Positions 21,790-35,040 are shown, numbered from the stretch's first letter. The stretch is 64,000 nucleotides of DNA from Octopus sinensis (GCF_006345805.1 NC_043009.1:21266001-21330000); one strand, 5' to 3'. Notes: a model not told the origin generated them from the sequence alone. Translations and numbers: made by a program.

Positions 21790-23678
21790 TTATAATCAAA
21801 ATAAGCAACAAGAATAACTTCGGTAATTTGGTACGATCGTTTCGCACTACATCATTTTATTAAATGTTGTAAGTATTACAACAATTTTAAAATGCTGAGC
21901 ACTTATCAGCCATTAATAGAAGTTTTCCATTAAAACATAATTTTCATGTCAAGTGATAACATTATAGAGAAGGTAGATATACAGACAAAGATGTGGATTT
22001 AAATTTTAAGAACATTTAAGATAGTGGAGTTTATCAACTGACTGAATAATATTCAGTTGCTATGAACTGCTAGAAGGTTCTGAGAAGAATGGACAAATGA
22101 AAGGAGACAAGGAAGATTTTCTATTTATAGAAATAGTGGTGAAAGAGATGTCAAAGTTCCATATAAAGAAATTTAGGTAGATAGAAAAGGATTGTCACAT
22201 TACAATGCCAATTATTACTATTTGGTAAACATATTTAGCATTAGGAAAACTAGGTTAATGTCAAATGGTTATACACTCATAGGGAATGCAGAGATTTTTA
22301 TAAAACTAATATACATCAACATTATAATTAGCTGATAGGTTCTGAGTACTTTGATACGTTGGATTAAAGGAGAAATTATAGTTCTAAAATTTATACAATT
22401 TAGAGAAAAGTCTATCACTTATTATGAGTAGGCATAATACTTATTAAATGGGGTAAATCAAATGGTATTAATCAAGTGAATGTATTAGGGGTCAAAAATA
22501 TATAATAGGAAAAATGGAAGAGGAGAAATCAAAGAAGAAAATTAATCGTAGGTTTAGTAGAAGGTGATTTAATAATATAAAGAGAAGTAATTTAGAAGAG
22601 TAAATTATTCAGATTTCATAGATAGTGAGTTGCTATTAATGAATTAAAATATAGAATCTGTTGGAAATAATATTTGCTACCCGCGGAGAAAGGTAAACAT
22701 ATCTTAGGTTAATTATATATTAAGAAATGGAAGTGAGATAATCAAGGTGAACCGAATAGTTTCCTTAGGGACATAGAATTTATACTATTTAGTATTGGAG
22801 AATATTAAAAAAAGAAGAATTTAATTCTAAGTTTTCAATTATGTTTTTTAGTAATCTATGTATGTTGAATTAAAAACCAGTATGGTATATTCGTTCTTAT
22901 TTGGTTATAAAGAATTAAAATTTGAAAAAAATTTAGGAGTATTCACAATATTATTATTTAAAATATTTAAACGTACGGGTTGTGCGATGTATGCAAGATA
23001 CTCATAGCTCCGAACGGTTATTTAACAGATTTGTATTACTCCGATGTTTTAAAATTTCATATGTTTCCATAGAACAAAGTTGACAACCATCCCTATTATT
23101 TTTATAAGGCCGTGCTTTTCTTACTATATCCCATTTCAGGTTGAATTCTATATCATTCGTTTTTAGTTCCCAAATTTAACTAGACAATGTTGTGCAACCT
23201 GCTTTGTATTTGAGCCTAAAGGAGGAAAAATGATTGTTTAAACGTTTTATTTTAATTCTACCGAACAACCGAAATAAAGATAGTTGTAATTTGAAGTTAT
23301 TATTGTAAATCACATTTTGGACTGAACAACGGCCAGATACCGGACATTTCGATCTAATCCTACAATTACATCTGGGGGGATAATTTCCAGTACTAGTATT
23401 ATTTAAGGACAGTTCATTTTCATTTCTGTTATTTGAGTTGTTATTAGTATTAGTGTTATTGTCTCTAATAGTAGTTACATTGTTATGCAAACTGGGGTTA
23501 CTAGTTATTAATCCACCCTCATTATCATCACCTACTACACTTTTATCTATACTACCTATATTATTGATGTTGTTATTATCATTATTTGAATTTTTGTTGT
23601 TATTATTATTATTATTATAATTATTATTATTATTATCATCATCATTATTAATATTATTATTACCATTATTATTATTAT

Positions 23679-23710
<32 letters not shown>

Positions 23711-24830
23711 TTGCTATTATTATTATTATTATTATTTCTATTATTGTTGTTGTTACTATTCATTCTATCCCTCGCTAACTTAATATTTTTACTATTAAGT
23801 CTAGCTATTATGGTAGCCATATTTGGGAGAGTAGAATATGATATTCTTACTGATCTCTTAGAAATTATTTTATAATATTTATGGGAGGCTGGGAAGTTTT
23901 TTTCCAGTATAGACATAAATCTACTGTATATATTCGTCGAGATCGTATAGTTGAAGGGGATATTTAACCAAATGACATTTTTTCCTTTATATGTTTTGTT
24001 TGAGTAAGAGTGGGAAAGATTAGTGTTATCCATATTCTTACGAGATTCATTATTCGTTTTAGTCTTATTAGGTTTTTTTCTTTGTAGGAGAAATTTTTGT
24101 ATACTTATTTACGTTTATTTTATCTGGGTTAACATTTTCATATTTATTTATGATCTGTTTACTATTTCCATTCTTATTGGGTTTATACACTAGGTTCTTT
24201 TCTTCTATTGATTTATGTTTATTTAGGGTATGAGATTCTATATTACTTGAGCCATTTACATTCACTTCATCGTTTAGGAGATATTTGTTATCAAGATCTA
24301 GGAAGGTGATTTGCTGGTCATATCCAGCCTTGGATAATGCAACATTATAATGATTAGAGTGAGAGTCAAAGATTTCAATATTCGATGATAATTTTGAAAT
24401 TCTCTGAGAAATATTTTTCACTATTGATTTAAGTATATTGGGGGGGGGGGTGATTAGATGATTTATTTACGTATCTGGTAACTTCACCCTTCTTTCTAAA
24501 TGGGTGATGTAACTCTGAATTTAAGTCTAAGGTAACGTCTAGAAAATTCGCTATCATGGTGTTAGGTTCATACGTAATGCCTAGGTTGAAATCTTTGAAA
24601 AATTTACTAATTTTCTTTCTGATTCTCTCAATTTTTGATTTATTGATACTAGGTACAATAAACAAAGCATCATCTCTATATAAACTACCTTGTAATTCCG
24701 GAATATCCCTATTTATGCATTTTAATATGTTTATCATCGTAAATAGAATGAATTTACTAAAATATTCTTTAATAAAAAAAGCATGATAAACGAAACCCAA
24801 ATAAAACAAATATAATGATCAAAACCACCC
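21790..24830 (-). mobile_element. PLE copy C (same family as A and B), RT remnant to 3' HHR
   Basis: LYRDDALF, NFLDVTLDL, YVNKSSNHPP, ISQRISKLSS, CNCRIRSKCPVSGRC; (AAT)n-derived poly-Asn linker; frameshifted. Confidence 0.92.
21829..21912 (-). ncRNA. Degenerate hammerhead (C3.A8 mismatch); empty-site paralogue of the split HHR
   Basis: tgg-CTGATAA-gtgc...gtgc-GAAA-CGATCGTA-cca. Confidence 0.75.
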
Positions 24831-25046
24831 ATTACCAGATACACAAGAACAAACCTATATAGCAATCCCCCCATCTATACATTCACACACATATACACAC
24901 ATATTTACACACACCCACACCCATATATATATACACACTCACTCATACATATACTACGTACAATACTCGATATATACACCAATATATTCACACCCACACC
25001 CATACAAATAAATAGATAAATACATATACATCCATAAATATATATA

Positions 25047-25084
<38 letters not shown>

Positions 25085-26495
25085 TTGTATATATATATAT
25101 ATTATATATATATATATACACACACATCATCAAATATACATATATATAAACACACACATCACAAAAAAATAAATAAATGAGTAAATTCATTCTATTTACG
25201 ATGATAAACATATTCCATTCATAATCTTTAAAATAACGTTGGTTCATCACGCGCAAAGAATTTATTAAAAATTTATTCTATTTCTGTTGATAACGTAATT
25301 TCTTAAACGCTGTAAGACATTTGTCATTCAAATTTACTTCATAGTTCAAAATTGCATAGAAGGTACGTATTTTTTAAGATCTCCAAATTGTAATTTTTAA
25401 TATGTATAAGCCTTTGAATAATAATATTCTCCTTATGTTAATCTTGTTGTTTATGTAGTGATCTATTTATCGTATTTTTCTTTGTTATTAGTTATTAAAT
25501 AATTTAGATATACTTTGATAAATATATAGGTTTCGATTTAAAATGGTTTAGGTTTGTTTAATAATAGAATAATTTTATATAAGATAATATTCCCATTCAT
25601 AAATTTGTTTATAGTAATGATAGTATTTTTTAATAATATATTACTAAGTAAGGAATATTCCTATAAGTATGTAGCTGAGTATCTGTGTCTACTGGATTTG
25701 TTCCTCCTCTGTGTTGGAGTATTGCAGTGTGAATACGGTTATGTATGAATGATTGATTGTATGTGTGTGTGTGTGAGTATGCATTATTAATGTGTAGAAA
25801 TATTGTCTTTATGTATTTGTGTATGTATAAATATATACGTGTGTGTGTGTTTGTTTACGTATTTATATGTGTTTATTACATGTATATAGTATATAGAATA
25901 TATATATGTGTGTGTTTGTTTACGTATTTATATATGGTTATTACATATATATAGTATATAGTATTTAATATTTTACTAAGAATGAAATATTTCTATAAGT
26001 TTGTGGTTGAGTATCTGCGGCTACTGGATGTTATATTTCCTCTGTGTTATTATTATGCTGAGAGAATATGTTTATGAATGAGTGATTGTATATGTGTGTG
26101 TGGGAGTATGAATAAGTAATGTGTAGAAGTATACGGCTACATTATAAATTTATCTTTGTCTATATGTTTATGTGTATGTATAGATATATATATGTGTGTG
26201 AGAGTTTGTGCATGTATTTAGATATGTTTATATACATACATGGATATATGTGCATGAGCATGTGTGTATATATATTTTTTTATTTTTTGTTTGTTGTTTT
26301 TTGAAATTAGCTATTTCATCTTTAAATATGAGAATTTAAATACTAGGTTTCATTATATACAATCATTTATAGGGGTTATTTTAGTTCTTGATTATATATT
26401 ATATATATATTTTCATTGATAATTTTATATTTTATATATATTAGTCATTTCAAATTTATATCTTAAAAATATTGATTATATTTTAGGCCTTGAAA

Positions 26496-26541
26496 CCACC
26501 TGACGAATGTCCATTGAAGTGACAAGAAACGATCGTAGTGG
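26496..26541 (+). ncRNA. Minimal hammerhead ribozyme
   Basis: ccac-CTGACGA-a-tgtc(loop)gaca-a-GAAA-CGATCGTA-gtgg. Confidence 0.8.
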
Positions 26542-26656
26542 ATATCTTAATTATATTTAATTTATATAAAATTTTTTATGTATTGGATTAAGTCTTTCTT
26601 TGTTTGATTTGCATAATAGAGGTTTTGTCTCTAATTAATATTATATATATATATAT

Positions 26657-26750
<94 letters not shown>

Positions 26751-26769
26751 GTATATATGTATATATATA

Positions 26770-26982
26770 CTCTCTTTACTTTTACATGTTTCAGTCATTT
26801 GACTGCGGCCATGCTGGAGCAGCGCCTTTAGTCGAGCAAATCGTCCCCAGGACTTATTCTTTGTAAGCCCAGTACTTATTCTATCGGTCTCTTTTGCCGA
26901 ACCGCTAAGTGACGGGACTTAAACACACCAGCATTGGTTGTCAAGCAATGCTAGGGGGACAAACACATACACACAAACACAT

Positions 26983-27072
<90 letters not shown>

Positions 27073-27255
27073 ATATATATACTATATACGACAGGCTTCT
27101 ATCAGTTTCCGTCTACCAAATCCACTCACAAGGCATTGGTCGGCCCGTGGCTATAGCAGCAGAAGACACTTGCCCAAGATGTCACGCAGTGGGACTGAAC
27201 CCGGAACCATGTGGTGTGGAAGCAAGCTACTTACCACACAGCCACTCCTGCGCCT
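26770..27255 (-). mobile_element. tRNA-derived SINE (octopus OK/OR-like) with internal (TA)n
   Basis: Head with A/B-box-like TGGCTGTGTGG and GGTTCAGTCCC; tail GGCGCTGCTCCAGCATGGCCGCAGTCAAATGACTGAAAC. Confidence 0.88.
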
Positions 27256-27360
27256 ATATGTATATATATATATGTATATAATATACATATATATAATATT
27301 ATGTATAATATATATATATGTATGTATATATATATGATATGTATGTATATAATATGTATG

Positions 27361-27403
<43 letters not shown>

Positions 27404-27404
27404 G

Positions 27405-27476
<72 letters not shown>

Positions 27477-27611
27477 AATAAATAATATTAATATATATTT
27501 ATGTCAGGTCACTTTCGAGTGCCACTGGTAGCATGTAACCCAGTACAACCTGTTGCATGATCGGGTCGTCGGCGGCGACTAAACCGGCAACCCCACCAAG
27601 CTTAATTATAT

Positions 27612-27641
<30 letters not shown>

Positions 27642-27642
<1 letters not shown>

Positions 27643-28232
27643 TTGTTAAATAAATGAATAAGTCAACATTCTAATATCCTAAAGCTGATGAACCGACTAT
27701 ATTAGTTCTCCATTTTCTTATTTGTATTATACATATATATTGGACACCCTGCGGGATGAAAAGCAAAACCCATCAAAGGGCGGGAACTCTTGAGAGTCAA
27801 CGGCCATCCAATAAATGTCTTAAGGCTGTATCATGCGCGGGGACATAGAAATAATCAGATTGAATACCCGATCGCGCGGTTAAACTATTGGGAGTGAAGG
27901 TAACTCAGGTAACTGGGATACCTCCAACATAAAACCTGCGGCTCAGTGGTTACCGATGATGTTGACATGTCCTTCTTTTAGGATTATGGCTGCTGTGGCT
28001 TAGTGAGAGGGATTGACTCAGTGCACAGCCTTTCCTCCCTTTAAAAGTCTTCCTGCACATGCATTGCACGATAACAACATTGATTAAGCTTCGTGCAATG
28101 GCCATACTAGATAACGTGGGGGCAACCACCACCATAATATATATATATATATTGTTAAATAAATAAGTCAACATTCTAATATCCTAAAGCTGATGAACGG
28201 ACTAAATTGTTTCTCCAATTTCTTATTTGTAT
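27642..28232. repeat. About 90-bp direct repeats flanking an about 400-bp repeat-family segment
   Basis: TATTGTTAAATAAAT..AAGTCAACATTCTAATATCCTAAAGCTGATGAAC at about 27642 and 28146. The interior start resembles 56277-56349. Confidence 0.65.
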
Positions 28233-28365
28233 TATATATGAATATATATATTATATATTATATATATCTATATCTATAATATATATATAATATATAATAT
28301 ATATAATATATGTATTATATGTATGTATATATTATATAATATATTATATATATATATAATATATA

Positions 28366-28407
<42 letters not shown>

Positions 28408-28602
28408 TAGAAGGTTTGGGGATGATGTACAGGTATTTTATATTAGAAGAGATGAGGTACTCAGAAATTCGGATGGTTTTATATTTGCAGATATTTATTT
28501 GTATATTACATGTTTTTGTACATCATATAACTTATACCATATATATATATTAGCGCTTTCGTCCATTCTGGTGGATTTTTCAAATTGCGTCCATTCTGGT
28601 GA

Positions 28603-28635
<33 letters not shown>

Positions 28636-28638
<3 letters not shown>

Positions 28639-29031
28639 TTATATATAAAACTGTAGTTGTGTGAGTGTCTCTCCCCTTCGATTTAGATTCCTAAGTACTC
28701 CCACATTTTGCGGTGCAGTTTAACCAAAAGCAGGTATCTTATAGTTATGATTCATATCGAGCCCTTCTGGGTATTAGCGCGCGTCTACGATGAGTCTACG
28801 ATTTTAAAAATAATTTAACATCATTTTTTTCCATTTTAACGCATATTTTTTAAATAAAGGGAAGTAACTCTCTAAAAATGTCTACGATGAGTCATCGATT
28901 TTTAAAAAAATTTACCATAATTTTTTTCACATTTTTAATGCATTTTTTTGCTTCTTTTGGCTATAACTCTCTAAAAATGCTTTATAGTTATTTCCCTTAC
29001 AAACCCGAGCAACGCCGGGCGATACTGCTAG
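28636..29031 (+). mobile_element. Non-autonomous Helitron
   Basis: 5' TC, subterminal hairpin CCCGAGCAACGCCGGG (29004-29019), 3' CTAG, inserted between A and T. Confidence 0.85.
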
Positions 29032-29113
29032 TATATATATATATTTATAAAAACTGATAAGGAAAACGAAGGATTTGAATATTCAGATTTTCCGTTTGGT
29101 TTATTCATAGTAA

Positions 29114-29219
29114 TTGTCCGACACGTGTTTCGATCGTATCAATTGCAAATAGCTGCATATTTATATGCAGAGATTTATAAGATTTATGCATAATTTGTAA
29201 GATCTCTTCAGGGTGAACA
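29114..29219 (-). ncRNA. Hammerhead ribozyme with long stem II insert
   Basis: cc-CTGAAGA-gatc...gatc-GAAA-CACGTGTC-gg. The core is canonical but helix I is weak beyond 2 bp. Confidence 0.7.
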
Positions 29220-29319
29220 AATACGTCATTGTTCAAGGAGTAATTTTACCCGTTAGTAGTTTGAATCAGGATTGGTGGTGGTGGTGGTAGTAGTCGTAGT
29301 AGTAGTAGTAGTAGTAGTA

Positions 29320-29366
<47 letters not shown>

Positions 29367-30899
29367 AATCATGTTCAACGATGAGTTGGCACTTTACATA
29401 GGGTTACACGTTATCTGCCTGAATATTCATATTCCTCCTCTTACTACACACACACACGCATACATACACACACACGCATTTGCACATAAACTAATGAAGA
29501 AGTATTTGCGTGGTCAACTGACTGGCTAGAAATATCAACCAAATCATCTTTAAATTAAAATTTACGTTTTCAAATAATGATACGAAAAAATGTTTAAATT
29601 ATGTGGTTATAGGTATTAAAACCGGGTAGTATAGTTGGAATACCTATAACAATATATCAGGTGGATCAGGGCTGACCTAGGTTTAAACAACAACAACGAG
29701 TACTTATTTGGGTCATCAGAGGATCGCTATGAATTCTCTCTGCCTGCTAAAATAGTCGTCATATCCCCTACATTGACTTTAAAATAAAAACGGAAGGACG
29801 CATTGGATAATGTAGTCCAGGGTTATATAACGTCTGGAAAAAAATTGTAGGTCACGGCTGGAACGCGTTTTACCAAAATTCTGTTAGGGCAATGTTGACC
29901 AGAAGGCAACAACAGTAGCAGCAACAACAGCAGTGAGGCACTGCATCTCGAAGATGAATTTGATTCCTGAAAAGACGATATTCCTCATAACTTCTTAAAT
30001 CCAATATTCTACTGCGTGAGGCATTGCCAGCATTTCCATAAGTTTTGTGGATGTATGCAGGAGAGGGGACGCAATTTTCAACGAAATGTAAATAGGACTA
30101 TCTTTATTCAGATAGCTTTAACATTTACTTTTCATACTCCATCTCGTTCAGTCAGAAGGAAAAGACAATATCCATGGCTTTTTACAAGGCCTCTGAGACT
30201 AATGGGGTGAGGGAAGTCACCCTTAAATCAGGCATCTGTCTTAATTGTTTGTAACAAAGCTACCAATGTACCAGATGGAGGTGTTCAATCAGATGACTGA
30301 TTAAGTCTACCACCCGAGTAAGTCCAAGTAGGATTTAAACTCAGAGCGCAAAGAGTCGGAGTAAACACCACAGGGGTCTTGTCCGACAGTCTAATGATTT
30401 TACAAGTCCGTAGCTATGGATATACCGATCTCAGAAGGATGAAAGTCAACCTGATCATGGTGGTCAAAACACAATAGGTCGACTCTTTAACGTCTCTCCC
30501 AATTCGCTGCTTACACACACACACACACACTAACTCACACACACAGACAGACAGGCACACACACACACACACACACAACAACAACAACACACATGAATAT
30601 ATGTTGTAACTGAGGAAGGTGTAACAGTCTTAGTGTTAATATCTTCTCTTGTACTTTCGGGGTACAAGAAAGCAATCACTAGCCGTTGCTTTAATAATCC
30701 AGAATTCTACCAGTCAGAAACAACAAGACGCAGATATAAAATATATATATACTACTTTATTCTCTAATGTGGTAACAGTAACAATAAGTGGTTATCTGGT
30801 ATCCCTTTGGTTCTGGGCGCGCAAGGCTGAAAGTTAATCGATTGTAATATTTACAATGTTCAGCCGCTAAAAACAGAACGGGTCAAAAATGGTTAAAAG

Positions 30900-31191
30900 T
30901 CTTCGGCCGACTGCTATCAAAGCTGGACAGCGAGAAAATATACGTCCATCGCCTTCGGTCGCTGCTGTCCCAAGTCGTTGGCTGCTGCTGCTAGCGGTCA
31001 AACGTTCTACGACCCCCTTGCCCTGGCTAACTACCACGTAGGCAAAAGGGTCGTGCTTCCGGTGGTTCGCGCATGCGCGAGAGGGCCCTTCCTTTCTGTG
31101 CCTTGGTGAAGGCACCAACACTCGCACGCGCGAAATAGAAAATGGACGGTGCGCGCGCGCGCACCGTTATAGGATCACTACAAAGGTATGA
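30900..31191. promoter_or_regulatory. CpG-rich, TATA-less promoter-like island with a possible plus-strand first exon
   Basis: CCGGAAG (ETS, minus, 31056-31062), GCGCATGCGC (NRF1-like, 31069-31078), TTTCGCGCG (E2F-like, minus, 31127-31135), donor AAG|GTATGA at 31185/31186. Confidence 0.5.
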
Positions 31192-31444
31192 ATGAAATTT
31201 TTCTTACATAATTATTTGAAACACACGTATTAAATGTATTCAGAATATGAGATTTGATTTCTTTAATTTATGTATGACTCCACGTCATTACAATCTAGCC
31301 TATCCTTGCTTATTTTAGATGATTAATGTAACAAGGATTTAGGAGGAAAATGTTTTATTGTACTAGAACATAAAGATTCTAGTAAGGAATCAAAGTATAA
31401 CTCAATATATGCGTGTATTTATATCTATCTCCACACACACACAC

Positions 31445-31615
31445 ACACATACGATGGGCTTCTTTCAGTTTCTATCAATTAAATCCACTCACAAGGATTT
31501 GGTCGACCCGAGGCCATAGAAGAGGACACTTGCTCAAGGTGCTACGTAGTGAGGCTGAACCTAAAACCATGTGGTTGGGAAGCAAGCCCCTTACAACACA
31601 GCCACACCAGTACCT
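31445..31615 (-). mobile_element. SINE 5' half (OK/OR-like)
   Basis: Homologous to 27085-27255. Confidence 0.8.
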
Positions 31616-31648
31616 ATATATATATATATATATATATACATACATACA

Positions 31649-31710
<62 letters not shown>

Positions 31711-31718
<8 letters not shown>

Positions 31719-32493
31719 TAAGGGTAGAAATTGATATTTATCAATTAAGACCAGTGGTCTAGCATATTAAAAAAGAATCCGAAGATTAAAATATTTATAT
31801 ATACCAATTAAGGACTGAACACGAAAAGTGGACAGTCAACATGCTAGATATAGACGTCAAATCGCCATTCACCACAAAAGATTATGTTCTCAGATCAAAC
31901 TCAGCACAAAACCATAGCAATAAACAAGTGAAAAATATACGAAATAAAATAATTACCCATGTACTAATTAGTTTCGACTGTTATTTTCCGCAAGGAAAAC
32001 TGCAGCCATCATCAGCATGGTCCGTTATAAAAGCAATTTGCTGGACTAGATGCAAACACGATACCGAAATACCGCGTGCATGGAGTTCAGCCTATTACAT
32101 TTGAATATATCTTTCAAATGCCTTTACTTTGGCGCGTTGAGGCCCGAGAAAACTAGCCTGCAGCTAATAATTAGCAGCAGTCAATTTATCGGTTAGAGAA
32201 CATATTTATTTATATAAAATTAATTAAGGGTAGAAATTGATATTTATCAATTAAGACCAGTGGTCTAGCATATTAAAAAAGAATCCGAAGATTAAAATAT
32301 TTATATATACCAATTAAGGACTGAACACGAAAAGTGGACAGTCAACATGCTAGATATAGACGTCAAATCGCCATTCACCACAAAAGATTATGTTCTCAGA
32401 TCAAACTCAGCACAAAACCATAGCAATAAACAAGTGAAAAATATACGAAATAAAATAATTACCCATGTACTAATTAGTTTCGACTGTTATTTT
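31711..32493 (-). mobile_element. pLTR-like partial tandem with a 507-bp period
   Basis: 31711-31987 repeats at 32218-32493 almost identically; the unit contains an HHR. Confidence 0.85.
31957..32020 (-). ncRNA. Intact hammerhead ribozyme
   Basis: ccatg-CTGATGA-t-ggctg cag ttttcc ttgc ggaaaa taa cagtc-GAAA-CTAATTAGTA-catgg. Confidence 0.9.
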
Positions 32494-32494
32494 C

Positions 32495-33330
32495 GGTCCC
32501 ATTCTTAATGATTTATTACAAGCCATAAATACATGCAGTAACAATAGAACATAAGTGGATTGACAACAAGTCTTCTGTTTGAGATATAAACATTATTTAT
32601 TTTACATATTTTACAATTGTGTCGACGTCAGGAGCTGGTAAGCGTTAACATGGTTTTGTGTCTGTGTAGGGTGAATGTGGTTGACATAGAAAAGTACCTG
32701 ATGGTGGAGGCGGCGAAGATAGTAGGCTCTCCGCGTTGAGTGTACATTAGCGTCGTAGCTAGTTGTAGCAGGGACAATCGTATACCATTTGGTTGAGCAG
32801 CGCTGTCTCTGAAGCCAGTTCTTACAAGAACTAAAACTAAAGACAGGTAATTGATTTACTGTTTATGAGGTACACGAAGTGTAAGAGTTCAATATCAAGA
32901 TGTTGTTTCTCGGAGCTGAGATTAGTTGAATCACTTGTTGTGTTTATCTTTCTCTTGATATGGATATTCTTTCAGATATATTTACTGTAGCCGTTTTCCC
33001 GTGGTGAGATTTTCACCTAACCGCTTGAGCTGAATCTGTAGTTATCTTGTGTACAAGTTAAATCTTCGTAGATAGAGATGATGTTGGCAATGACGTCGTG
33101 TCTGTCGGTTGGTTATTTTTCTCTTGATATAGATATTCTGCGACTGTTTTTCCGTGGTGATATTTTCACACTAACAGTATGAGTTGAATCTGTAGCCATC
33201 TTAGGTACAAGCTAAATCTTCGTATATAGTTTTGCTTGGTGGTCGCCTGCCTTTCGAACTGGAACATGGTTGAGTATGCTTTGTGTGGTCAGAGGTTTAG
33301 TCCTCACAAGGACTAGAAACCAAAGACGAA
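32495..33330 (-). mobile_element. Diverged LTR-like fragment related to the solo LTR at 42005
   Basis: Blocks at about 32520 and 32900-33290 match about 42890 and 42300-42610 in reverse complement. Confidence 0.6.
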
Positions 33331-33686
33331 AGGTGTCTCGAACTCTCTCTTTTTTCGCCGTCTCTATTTATTCTACAACGAGTCTATCAATGACAGCCGC
33401 AAAAGTTTCAATATTCCTACTTCACCTCTTTCAGAAACGCAACAGATATTATTTTTTTTTTGCCGGGGTTAAAACCCACTACATCCCGTCGGATTCACTC
33501 CAAAATTTACACCTTCTCTTTCTACCTCTAACTCCCATTCAATTTCTCTTTATCTCCATTCTTAAAGATAATTATCATCGCCACCACCACCACCAACACA
33601 CAATCTGGACAATCTTTCTCTTATAACAAATCATGTTTACATTGCAACGACGTCTGCCACCTCCGCTGTCTCTATTTATTCTGCAA

Positions 33687-33880
33687 ATGACCAGAACTCG
33701 GGAAACTTGGTTGAGTGTTCTATGGTCTATGACCAGAACTCGGGAAACTTGGTTGAGTGTTCTATGGTCTATGACCAGAACTCGGGAAACTTGGTTGACT
33801 GTTCTATGGTCTATGACCAGAACTCGGGAAACTTCGTTGAGTGTTCTATAGTTTATGACCAGAACTTGGGAAACTTGGTT
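33687..33880. repeat. 42-bp minisatellite, about 4.6 copies
   Basis: Unit ATGACCAGAACTCGGGAAACTTGGTTGAGTGTTCTATGGTCT at 33687, 33729, 33771, 33813 and 33855. Confidence 0.95.
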
Positions 33881-34579
33881 TAGTCCTCATCTTATAAAAT
33901 GTGGCCCCAGTAGACCCAAATGAAATCGGGTTCTATTAACCAAAATGTGAAAAGGGGTCTAAATGGGGCTGGAAGGGGATTAAAATTTAAAGGAGCGGGT
34001 GTTTAGCAATTCTCTGTTACGTCAAGCTAAAAAATTTGCTCCAGCCTTTTAATCGTCAATGTGTTGCCGTCCATGATGAAGAAGTTTTGAATGCTTGCCA
34101 TCGTGAGTCTACTGTCGTGAGAAAGAATCAATTCAAAACTTGGTTTTTAGGGATTTTCTTTTACATCAAGTTCAAAATTTTACGCCAGCCGTTGAACTGT
34201 CAATACGTTGCTGTCCGTCGTTAAGAAATGCCAGCCATGGTGACTCTACTATCCTCAAATTCTATCCCTTCAAACTTTGGTTTCCAATATTTTATTTTTT
34301 TTATTCAGCTCGCAAGTTCGTCTGTCCCTTTTAAATGTTAGTGTTTTGCTGTCTGTCTTGAAGCAGACCTTTCCGTTGTTACTGCCTGATATTTATGATT
34401 GATCTTTCTAAATATTTTATTTCTCAACTTACTCAAGATCTTTTGTTGTTTATAAATGGGAGAGAGATACATAAAGATAGAGAGTAAGAGAAAGCGAGGG
34501 AGAGTCCGAGAGAAAGGAAGAGTAAGAGAGTGGGAAAGTGAGAGAGAAAGGAGAAAGAAACAAAGAGGGAGAATCATCA

Positions 34580-34885
34580 TCATCATCATCATCGTTTAAC
34601 GTCCGTTTTCCGTGCTAGCACGGGTTAGATAGTTTGACAGGGGTCTGGGAAGCCAGGAGGCTGCACCAGGCTCCAGTCTGATCTGGCAGTGTTTCGACGG
34701 GTGGATGCCCTTCCTAACGCCAACTACTCTGTGAGCGTAGTGGGTGCTTTTTTCGTGCCGCCTGCACAGGTGCCAGGGGGGCTGGCAGCAGCCACGATCG
34801 GTTGGTGCTTTTTACGTGACACCAGCACAGAAGCCAGTCAAGGCGGCGCTGCAATCCGCCACGTTCGGATGGTGCTTTTTACGTG
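34580..34885 (-). mobile_element. SINE or LINE-tail repeat ending in (ATG)n
   Basis: (CAT)n-CGTTTAACGTCCGTTTTCC..; a related copy lies at about 59260-59600. Confidence 0.6.
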
Positions 34886-34954
34886 CTGAAAGGAAGCAAC
34901 AGAAAGTAACAACAACACTCTTACCCGCGCGTAGAGCGGGTCACCTTCAGCTAG

Positions 34955-35039
<85 letters not shown>

Positions 35040-35040
<1 letters not shown>

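Noticed and set aside
27820-27860. HDV-like ribozyme (minus strand ATG-TCCCCGCG-CAT resembling P3/L3)
   Set aside because: No GG for P1.1 after the putative P1, and no identifiable P1/P2 partners.
29930-30295. Non-repetitive-looking minus-strand frame (..FVENCVPSPAYIHKTYGN..LDLRSYEEYRLF..) as a host exon
   Set aside because: Several in-frame stops upstream, no convincing splice sites and no recognisable domain; possibly an ancient TE relic.
33687-33880. Regular repeats resembling a CRISPR array
   Set aside because: Head-to-tail 42-bp units with no unique spacers, no cas genes, and a eukaryotic context.
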